Below, one piece after another: positions 24,476 to 30,663 of a stretch of 42,503 nucleotides of DNA. Source of the DNA: a virus. The notes beneath the pieces are model-generated. The model was not told where the DNA came from. It did no database searches and was given only the letters and a program-made list of their open reading frames with translations. Both the position numbers and the translations under genes were made by a program. Location: the IMG/VR virus record IMGVR_UViG_3300028610_000429. One strand, 5' to 3'. How positions within the stretch are numbered: position 1 is the first letter of the stretch; each line of letters starts with the position of its first letter.

Positions 24476-24817
24476 TTATAATAATGTTTGTTGTTTCCTT
24501 ACAGCTTTTATTCTAGCCTTTGCAATTTTACAATAATCAGGCTCTTTTTCTATTAAGATAAAAGGTCTATCAGTTAATTTACAAGCTATGCCTGTTGTTC
24601 CTGAACCAGCGAAACAATCCAAGACTATTCCTCCTGTTGGTGTTTTAGTTAGGGTGCATAGATATTCCATTAGTTTTATCGGTTTGACTGTTGGGTGGTT
24701 GTTTTTGGTTAACCGTATCTCTTTATGTTCACCTTTTAAACTTGCTCCACCTAACTGCATTTTATCTGTTATGTTTGCATCCATAGAACCACCTCTTTTT
24801 TCCTCCAATTCCTCCAT
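24476..24817 (-). CDS. C-terminal fragment of an N6/N4 DNA methyltransferase (truncated; the DPPY catalytic motif is absent)
   Basis: HPTVKP...VLDCFAGSGTTGIA...ILIEKEPDYCKIAKARI is the SAM-binding C-terminal half of beta-class MTases. Only about 40 aa precede it, and in-frame stops lie just upstream. Confidence 0.65.
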   Translation of the reverse strand: MEELEEKRGGSMDANITDKMQLGGASLKGEHKEIRLTKNNHPTVKPIKLMEYLCTLTKTPTGGIVLDCFAGSGTTGIACKLTDRPFILIEKEPDYCKIAKARIKAVRKQQTLL

Positions 24818-24844
24818 ACAAATTTAGTATTTTTAGTTTTTTCT

Positions 24845-25393
24845 TCATGACACCTGTGAAATGAATAATTGCTTTTGAGTTTTTGGATCCTTTTCAATTC
24901 CTATTATTACATGGCCATCTTTTATATAAAATCCCTCCCAGTATTCTTCGTCACTTGAGAAATCTTTAATTGTTACTTGGTGTTTTTCTCCTAACCAATA
25001 ACCAACTTGACGTCCTATTACTTTGCTTTTAATAGCATATTTTGGAATTGACTTGCCTTTTAGAAAATCAGCTCCTTTTGGTGTCAAGCAATAATTTCCA
25101 GGTTGTTTTCTGACCTTTGCAATTAATCCGTGAAGTCTAGGTCTAGTTAAGTTTCCAACCATATTAGAAGTTAGATGTCCGTCTTTGATCATTAAGTCAT
25201 AGTTTGGTGTTGCAGGAACTTCCATTTCTTTACGAGGGTGTACACAATTAATTCCTTTGTTCAAAATTACTTTGGCGACTGCTTTTAAAATATCAACTGC
25301 TCCTGGATCAATAGGAATTAGATATGTTTTACTTTGACCACAACAATCGCACTTCTCTGGTATGTATTTTTCTTGTAATTTGAAACTGCTCAT
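24845..25393 (-). CDS. 182-aa protein, unknown
   Basis: Track ORF with an N-terminal CDCC motif. Confidence 0.6.
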   Translation of the reverse strand: MSSFKLQEKYIPEKCDCCGQSKTYLIPIDPGAVDILKAVAKVILNKGINCVHPRKEMEVPATPNYDLMIKDGHLTSNMVGNLTRPRLHGLIAKVRKQPGNYCLTPKGADFLKGKSIPKYAIKSKVIGRQVGYWLGEKHQVTIKDFSSDEEYWEGFYIKDGHVIIGIEKDPKTQKQLFISQVS

Positions 25394-25869
25394 TTTTTAT
25401 TTTTTTTACAATTTTTTATTAATACCTCCTTAAATAAATCGAACTCGTACATTTTATGTTTCTTTAATTCTTTAATAGGACTGATAATTAAGCATTTTTT
25501 GTCGCAACCGCTACAACGAAATTTTATACCTCCTAAATCTCTTTTTAACATCTCTTTCCTTTCTATAAATCTTTCAAACTTTCTTATTGTTAACCATCTT
25601 TGATTCCATAATCTATATCCAGTTGTCTTTTTCCACTCTTCAAATTTTATTTTATTATATTTTCTGTATTTTTTAGTTCCCTTAACACTTGAATACCATT
25701 TCTCTCTACTAATTTTTTGTAATTCTTTTCCTTTCGTTCCCTGCCTCCATTTTCTATGACAACAATATCTACAAAGACCTTTCCCTCCGTGTTTTATCTT
25801 TTTTGTTCCACATCTGATACATCTATCATATTTTAAAGCCCACTTTCTTTTATAAACTCCTGTTGGCAT
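25390..25869 (-). CDS. 159-aa basic multi-zinc-ribbon protein, unknown
   Basis: CIRC...CRYCC and CSGC motifs, rich in Lys/Arg. Confidence 0.6.
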   Translation of the reverse strand: MPTGVYKRKWALKYDRCIRCGTKKIKHGGKGLCRYCCHRKWRQGTKGKELQKISREKWYSSVKGTKKYRKYNKIKFEEWKKTTGYRLWNQRWLTIRKFERFIERKEMLKRDLGGIKFRCSGCDKKCLIISPIKELKKHKMYEFDLFKEVLIKNCKKNKK

Positions 25870-26132
25870 TAATCTATTATTTCAGGACAATACCTGCTAC
25901 TAAAAATGATCGTTTCTTCATTGTAATTATCATAGACTTCTTTACGAGAAACTTCTTTTACTGGATCTTGTTCAGTAATGCCTTTAAGAAGATAGCATTT
26001 GTCATCACAACATCTGTAAATTTTCTGCCATTCAACCACCTTATCTGGTTCTCTAATAGGTTTTACTTGGCATAACGAGTATTTAGCTATTAAAAGTAAA
26101 ATTGTTATTAAAATCGTAAGTTTAAGTTTCAT
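25869..26132 (-). CDS. 87-aa secreted or membrane Cys-containing protein
   Basis: The N-terminus MKLKLTILITILLLIAKYSLC looks like a signal sequence. The gene is in the early region. Confidence 0.55.
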   Translation of the reverse strand: MKLKLTILITILLLIAKYSLCQVKPIREPDKVVEWQKIYRCCDDKCYLLKGITEQDPVKEVSRKEVYDNYNEETIIFSSRYCPEIID

Positions 26133-26680
26133 ACTTTTGCAAATGTTAATTTTTTAGAAAGTTTTTTTCTACCACTTCTAATATCTTTTAAAGAAAATTC
26201 TTTTTTTGGTTTTTCTTCTTTTTTAAAATTTTTAATAATTTTTTTCTTATTATTAATAGTATAAGAATTATTAGTATAATTATTGGTTCGTCTAGACGAA
26301 TAGCTTTTACTTAGAAGCTGTTTGTTTGTACGAATAGCTCTGTTCGTCTGTACGAATAGCTTGTCTGTATAGCTGTTCGTTTTAACGAATAGCTTTTGAT
26401 GTCCGAACCTAACTGTATCTATAAATTTTTCACTGCTTATTTTTTTAATTCTAACACTCAAAGAACTTATTGATTTTATTCTTAGTAGTGGCATATCTTC
26501 TAGTAAGGTTTTCAAATTTATCCATGTCCAAACAACACCGTCTTTTACAACTCTTTGCTTTTCTATCTTTTTATTTTTGCTATTGCAGTAAAAAACTATG
26601 TAATCAAGAATTGCTCCATCTACAACATCAAGAGTTGTTTTTGATAATACTAATTGATTGATGTTGATATTGTATTTCAT
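26129..26680 (-). CDS. Replication organiser / origin-binding protein (lambda O-like logic)
   Basis: 183 aa with a winged-helix-like N-terminal half. The gene contains four phased iterons (26287..26394) followed by an AT-rich stretch, as in lambda O/ori. Confidence 0.45.
   Translation of the reverse strand: MKYNININQLVLSKTTLDVVDGAILDYIVFYCNSKNKKIEKQRVVKDGVVWTWINLKTLLEDMPLLRIKSISSLSVRIKKISSEKFIDTVRFGHQKLFVKTNSYTDKLFVQTNRAIRTNKQLLSKSYSSRRTNNYTNNSYTINNKKKIIKNFKKEEKPKKEFSLKDIRSGRKKLSKKLTFAKV
26287..26394. repeat. Iteron array: four copies of ACGAATAGCT, each embedded in a TTCGT-N4-ACGAA-type inverted repeat; candidate replication origin
   Basis: Inverted repeats lie at 26287-26300, 26321-26334 (degenerate), 26343-26356 and 26376-26389. 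ACGAATAGCT lies at 26296, 26330, 26352 and 26385. Spacings are 34, 22 and 33 bp, close to multiples of 11. The AT-rich block 26220..26285 is adjacent. Confidence 0.6.
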
Positions 26681-26682
26681 TG

Positions 26683-27006
26683 TTAAACTGACCCTTTATA
26701 TTTTTTATGTAATGCTTTATATTTTTTAAATTCTGCTAAATCGTGCCTATTAACTTTTCCATCTAAATAAGGTTTTATATATTCCAAAAATTCTTTTTTA
26801 GTTCTATTGCTTTTGGCGCAATTACACCACTGACAAGCAAGAGCTAAATTTTCTCTTTCATCTCCACCTTTCTTACTTTTAGGTTTGATGTGATCAATGT
26901 GAATAGGTATATTCTGTTCTGCATCTTCTAATAAATCACAATGACAATAATAACACTCGCCTTTTTGTTTTACGTAGAGAATAATTATTAAACCTTTATT
27001 TATCAT
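26683..27006 (-). CDS. HNH endonuclease (small HNHc type)
   Basis: CYYCHC...IHIDHIKPKSKGG...NLALACQWCNCAKSN. The track start at 27021 is TTG; the ATG is at 27006. Confidence 0.75.
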   Translation of the reverse strand: MINKGLIIILYVKQKGECYYCHCDLLEDAEQNIPIHIDHIKPKSKKGGDERENLALACQWCNCAKSNRTKKEFLEYIKPYLDGKVNRHDLAEFKKYKALHKKYKGSV

Positions 27007-27008
27007 GT

Positions 27009-27134
27009 TTAGTTGAAACAATTAAATAAACAAAACCCATTTTCTATTAATGCAATCATTATTCCAAAGCCGATCAGGACAAACATCCAAGCTAATCCCT
27101 CATAAAATACTTTTTTAATTGGTTCTTTATTCAT
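27009..27134 (-). CDS. 41-aa membrane peptide (below the track threshold)
   Basis: MNKEPIKKVFYEGLAWMFVLIGFGIMIALIENGFCLFNCFN. Its start is nested in the stop region of the preceding peptide gene. Confidence 0.35.
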   Translation of the reverse strand: MNKEPIKKVFYEGLAWMFVLIGFGIMIALIENGFCLFNCFN

Positions 27135-27267
27135 CTCTTATAGGTCTAAAGAAATAAGCAATCATTAAAAACTTAACCCAGCCTGGAGATATAAGAAAAC
27201 CAATAACTATAAACAGAGATGAAAACCATCTAAGTACCTCATTTATCTCTTTATCTTCTTTATTCAT
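27127..27267 (-). CDS. 46-aa membrane peptide (below the track threshold)
   Basis: MNKEDKEINEVLRWFSSLFIVIGFLISPGWVKFLMIAYFFRPIRDE. It shares the ATGAATAAAGAA start with the next peptide gene. Confidence 0.35.
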   Translation of the reverse strand: MNKEDKEINEVLRWFSSLFIVIGFLISPGWVKFLMIAYFFRPIRDE

Positions 27268-27769
27268 CCTTTAGAATTATTTTTGATAAAAAGTCTATTG
27301 TCTTCTCTGACTGCAAGGAGAACGGTTTGTCAAATTGCCAATGACAATTACAATCTTCAGATTTGAAACCTCTACCTCTTGAAAAATAAAATTGTCCACC
27401 TTTTAACAAGATAACACCTAATCTTATATCAATCTTTTTATTCAAAACCCTTAATACATCAGCGAGAGTTATTTTGCGTCCTATGATTTCAAAAAAGAAT
27501 GCTTCATCATCTTCATCTTCTCCTGTTATTCCTTTTTTAACTTCGTCAAACCTAAATTCATCACTGTCCCAAACAAATACTTTACTCCTTTCCATATAAT
27601 CATCTACAACTACTATTTCATCTATATTATGAATACTATCAGGATTTGATTCTGTTGCAGCAATCTCTTCACCTTTAGTATATATTCTTACCTTACACCC
27701 AAACTTTAGCTTTATTATCTCTGGTATCTCTTTTATTATGGCTTCTCTAAGTTGTTGTAGTTTAGTCAT
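27260..27769 (-). CDS. 169-aa phage protein, unknown
   Basis: Track ORF. The ITLADVLRVL...W.F.K....QSEKTIDFL pattern is common in phage hypothetical proteins. Confidence 0.6.
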   Translation of the reverse strand: MTKLQQLREAIIKEIPEIIKLKFGCKVRIYTKGEEIAATESNPDSIHNIDEIVVVDDYMERSKVFVWDSDEFRFDEVKKGITGEDEDDEAFFFEIIGRKITLADVLRVLNKKIDIRLGVILLKGGQFYFSRGRGFKSEDCNCHWQFDKPFSLQSEKTIDFLSKIILKDE

Positions 27770-27772
27770 TGT

Positions 27773-27952
27773 TTATTTTAAAATTTTAATCGTAAATAAT
27801 TTTTTACAGACAAAAAATGGAAACCAAATAATTCCTAAAATCAAATCTATTATTGAAATATAATATCTTCCTTGACCCATCCATTTATCTTTTCTAACAA
27901 TTTCGTAGTAAAGATAATTTCTAATTTTTAATTTTATTTCTTCTTCGTTCAT
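27773..27952 (-). CDS. 59-aa membrane peptide (below the track threshold)
   Basis: ATG at 27952, TAA at 27775..27773. Translation ends ...YYISIIDLILGIIWFPFFVCKKLF... Confidence 0.4.
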   Translation of the reverse strand: MNEEEIKLKIRNYLYYEIVRKDKWMGQGRYYISIIDLILGIIWFPFFVCKKLFTIKILK

Positions 27953-27953
27953 A

Positions 27954-28160
27954 TTATTTATTTATCATAGCTTTCCTACGACCAGCAGAATAGCCGTTGG
28001 TATATCCGAGAATATAATTTTCTGAGCGACAATTTATCTTTCCTTTGAAAAATTCCCCTCGCTTTTTCATTTCATTAATTTCTCTGTTAGTATAAAAAAG
28101 TCTATTAATTGGGTTGCCAATTCCCATTTTTGCTAAGTTTCTTTTTATTTGAGTTATCAT
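27954..28160 (-). CDS. 68-aa basic protein, unknown
   Basis: Track ORF; first sizeable gene downstream of promoter P3. Confidence 0.55.
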   Translation of the reverse strand: MITQIKRNLAKMGIGNPINRLFYTNREINEMKKRGEFFKGKINCRSENYILGYTNGYSAGRRKAMINK

Positions 28161-28314
28161 ATTTTTTTTAATTAATAATTAATAATTAATTCCAAACTAA
28201 AAAGAGCAAACGATAATATGCGTGGCTTAAAGAAACCACCCTCTTGCGAGGTTATCATCTGCTCTTTGCAGTCAATAATTAAATTGTGATTCTTTATATT
28301 TTGCATATTACATA

Positions 28315-28343
28315 AGTATAGTTTATTTTTTAAAAAGTGTCAA
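28315..28343 (-). promoter_or_regulatory. Sigma70-type promoter P3 (TTGACA-17-TATACT)
   Basis: TTGACA at 28343..28338, 17-nt spacer CTTTTTAAAAAATAAAC, TATACT at 28320..28315. Confidence 0.7.
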
Positions 28344-28351
28344 GAAATAGT

Positions 28352-28371
28352 GGGAGATAATTTTATCTCCC
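28352..28371 (-). terminator. Hairpin GGGAGAT-AAAATT-ATCTCCC at the 3' end of the HNH gene
   Basis: A 7-bp stem overlaps the stop codon of 28363..28980. It is followed by ACTATTTC and then immediately by the -35 of P3. Confidence 0.5.
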
Positions 28372-28980
28372 TGCATTTCGGACTTTGCGTCTGAAATACT
28401 TAATGTAAGACTTAAACCTCTTTTCAAAATTCTTTTCTTTACCTCTAGTCAAAAGGTGGCATTTCTTGCATAAAGTTATTCCATTGCTTAGTTCAAATCT
28501 TAATTCTGGATAATCAACCCATCTTTTTACATGATGAGCTTCTAAATTTTTACCTCTTTCTTTACACAACATACAGGTATAATCGTCTCTCTTGAAAACC
28601 TTATTCACCCATTGTATATTGTCTTTATTTCTTAATGGTCTACATTTTAATTTACTTCTATCTTTTACCCATCTGATGTTGTTTTCTCCAGTATAAAAAG
28701 AATGCCGACATTTAGCAGAACAAAAGTTATGTTTATGTTCTCTTATTTTGTTCCATTTAGCTATAGAAGAATGCACAAAATAATCTTTCTTGCAGTTATA
28801 ACAAATAAATTTTACTTTTTCTTTTACTCTAGATTTTCCCATACACTCGTAAGAACAATACTTTCCTATCTTTATATAACTCGGTTTTACATAAAATTCT
28901 TTTTTACAAATAGGACAAACGAGTATTTTTCCTTTTCTTGTTCTTCCTCCTGTTTTTTTTCTTCCTTTTTTAAATAACAT
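28363..28980 (-). CDS. HNH homing endonuclease (free-standing cassette)
   Basis: VFKRDDYTCMLCKERGKNLEAHHVKRW...[13 protein letters not shown]. It has N-terminal CxxC zinc ribbons, its own extended -10 promoter, a structured leader and a hairpin terminator. Confidence 0.8.
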   Translation of the reverse strand: MLFKKGRKKTGGRTRKGKILVCPICKKEFYVKPSYIKIGKYCSYECMGKSRVKEKVKFICYNCKKDYFVHSSIAKWNKIREHKHNFCSAKCRHSFYTGENNIRWVKDRSKLKCRPLRNKDNIQWVNKVFKRDDYTCMLCKERGKNLEAHHVKRWVDYPELRFELSNGITLCKKCHLLTRGKEKNFEKRFKSYIKYFRRKVRNAGR

Positions 28981-28992
28981 ATATTATTAAAA

Positions 28993-29041
28993 GCCCCGCC
29001 AAACTGGTGAGTCAGGCGGGACATAATAAAAGACTCACCAG
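28993..29041 (-). promoter_or_regulatory. Structured 5' leader with two interleaved helices (A:A' 10 bp, B:B' 6 bp) upstream of HNH gene 28363..28980
   Basis: The minus strand reads CTGGTGAGTC-11nt-CCCGCC-T-GACTCACCAG-TTT-GGCGGG-GCTTTTAATAATAT-ATG. The same architecture with a different sequence occurs at 31581..31630. Confidence 0.6.
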
Positions 29042-29048
29042 CAATATA

Positions 29049-29057
29049 ATAATAGCA
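29049..29057 (-). promoter_or_regulatory. Extended -10 promoter element TGcTATTAT
   Basis: The minus strand reads TGTGCTATTAT. The predicted start site falls at the first base of helix A of the leader. Confidence 0.45.
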
Positions 29058-29062
29058 CACTT

Positions 29063-29404
29063 TTAAAAATAAAGAAAGGGAGAAAGTTCATTCTCCCAAT
29101 AGCATAATGCTATTTTTTGGAAATAGTTTATATACCTTTTCCAAGTATTTTTGCGGTGAAGAAAACGATGACAAGAATTACAAATAGTAACTCCATTTTG
29201 AATGCTATTAGCCATTTCTTTGGACCATCCCAGAAATCTAATTGCGTAAGACATTTTCACAATATGATGACATTGTAAATTTTCAGTATTACCACAATTT
29301 TGGAATTGACACTCGCAATTGTCTCTTCTTCTGATAAGTCGTCTCTGTTTATGGTTGAAGCCTTTGACTTTTCTGCGTTTTTTACGACGCTTTTTCTTTC
29401 TCGT
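29063..29404 (-). pseudogene. HNH endonuclease relic: intact HNH core but no usable start codon
   Basis: The frame is open from 29404: TRKKKRRKKRRKVKGFNHKQRRLIRRRDNCECQFQNCGNTENLQCHHIV...NGVTICNSCHRFLH. There is no ATG, GTG or TTG before the internal GTG at 29260, which lies after the first His-His. A strong SD (AGGAGGTGA) is followed only by ATT-TAA. Confidence 0.5.
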
Positions 29405-29416
29405 TTAAATCACCTC

Positions 29417-29713
29417 CTAAATGTAGAAATTTTGAAAGTCAGTATCTTCTTCATAGATTTCTTCGTCTGAATCATCACCTACTTCGTCTTTAGTACCTTC
29501 CTCTTTTATAGCATTTTGAATTGCTTTAGATTGGAAGATTGCGTGAATGTTCTTTGCTATCACACCTATAAAGACTCTGCTGACTATTTCTAGTATGGGT
29601 AATGTCTTAGCAGTAATTCCTTGTCTTGGATTTATGCTTTTTAACATATTCATCATAATAGTGTAGTCATTACAAATCATTGTGATGGTCTTGATGTAGT
29701 CTTCATCGTTCAC
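29417..29713 (-). CDS. 98-aa protein with an acidic C-terminal tail, unknown
   Basis: GTG start at 29713, six nt after GGAGGTGA. The C-terminus is EVGDDSDEEIYEEDTDFQNFYI. Confidence 0.55.
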   Translation of the reverse strand: MNDEDYIKTITMICNDYTIMMNMLKSINPRQGITAKTLPILEIVSRVFIGVIAKNIHAIFQSKAIQNAIKEEGTKDEVGDDSDEEIYEEDTDFQNFYI

Positions 29714-29726
29714 TTTTTATCACCTC

Positions 29727-30518
29727 CTAAGTAGAAACGTGAACATCCCATCTGTCGCCACAGAACTTGATTTTGGCTACGCCTGTCTTCACAGGGTACA
29801 TATTTTTCCTTTCAGCGTACGAATACTCGTACTCTAAAAATCCGCCTGTAAGAACGTAATATACTTTCTTTCTGTCTACACGTGAACCTCTGCCGATCTT
29901 TTTCAACTCTCTTTTCTCAAGAGTCAAAGACATTAATTCGTGTGTATGTCCATAAAGATAAACGTCTGCGAGAGTATGATTTGATGTCCTCATAGCAGCT
30001 GTTATCTTTGTGTGTGGATACCAAGCACTAGAACTTCCGTGTTGGGCGTGTATTACATATCTTCGTCCGCCAACTGTTAAGCCAACAAAACAAGAATATC
30101 CGCCATAGGGAACTCCTAGTCTTTGGGCCAATACTTCAGAAACCTTGATTCCTGAACTTTTCCAAATTCTATGTTCATGGTTACCGTCTAGGACTACGAT
30201 TATCTGGTCTTTAATAGGTTCTAGGATGTCATATAAAACATTTAATTGAGTCTGTGGCGGATTAACTTGTTCCACCCATCCAGCACCAACTGATGTTTTA
30301 GAAGCACATTCCATTAGATCTCCCATTAAGATAACCCTACTTCCTGACTTTTTTATATAGGTAACAGTGTCTAAAAATTTCTGAATGTTGCAAGTAGGTG
30401 CTCCTAAATGCACATCTCCCAAAGGGATTAATTTCATCTCGTCTTCAGAGCATCTGTATTCTATAGATTCTATTCCGTCTGGTTTTCCTCTAAATAGTTC
30501 TTCTATTGTTTCGTTCAT
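29727..30518 (-). CDS. Calcineurin-like metallophosphoesterase (lambda NinI / PP-like or Mre11-like fold)
   Basis: It carries GDVHLG, GDLMEC, GNHE and GHTHE motifs in the canonical order. A strong SD (GGAGGTGA) lies 8 nt upstream of the ATG. Confidence 0.75.
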   Translation of the reverse strand: MNETIEELFRGKPDGIESIEYRCSEDEMKLIPLGDVHLGAPTCNIQKFLDTVTYIKKSGSRVILMGDLMECASKTSVGAGWVEQVNPPQTQLNVLYDILEPIKDQIIVVLDGNHEHRIWKSSGIKVSEVLAQRLGVPYGGYSCFVGLTVGGRRYVIHAQHGSSSAWYPHTKITAAMRTSNHTLADVYLYGHTHELMSLTLEKRELKKIGRGSRVDRKKVYYVLTGGFLEYEYSYAERKNMYPVKTGVAKIKFCGDRWDVHVST

Positions 30519-30560
30519 TCAATCATTCACCTCCAAGTAAATTGCTAATGAACTATGTTA

Positions 30561-30569
30561 ATCATAGCA
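30561..30569 (-). promoter_or_regulatory. Extended -10 promoter element TGcTATGAT upstream of the phosphoesterase gene
   Basis: The minus strand reads GTGCTATGAT, about 40 nt upstream of the ATG at 30518. Confidence 0.4.
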
Positions 30570-30579
30570 CGAATTTAAC

Positions 30580-30603
30580 AAAAAAACAACCCTTAACGAG
30601 TTG
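30580..30603 (-). terminator. Intrinsic terminator CAACUC-GUUAA-GGGUUG followed by U7
   Basis: The minus strand reads CAACTCGTTAAGGGTTGTTTTTTT: a 6-bp stem (one G:U pair), a 5-nt loop and seven U residues. It lies about 55 nt downstream of promoter P5. Confidence 0.6.
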
Positions 30604-30663
30604 AAAAAACAAATTGTTTTAATTTAGTAAATTGCAATTAAGGCTCCTTACTATTATGACGTA

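Noticed and set aside
28993-29041. Reading the interleaved A/B/A'/B' helices as a simultaneous H-type pseudoknot.
   Set aside because: The connector between A' and B' is only 2-3 nt but would have to span an 8-10-bp helix. Mutually exclusive alternative helices fit better. This was not tested computationally.
30606-30620. AAAACAA-A-TTGTTTT inverted repeat as an RNA hairpin.
   Set aside because: A 1-nt loop is sterically impossible. At most it is a DNA-level operator-like palindrome. It also lies inside the candidate mini-ORF.
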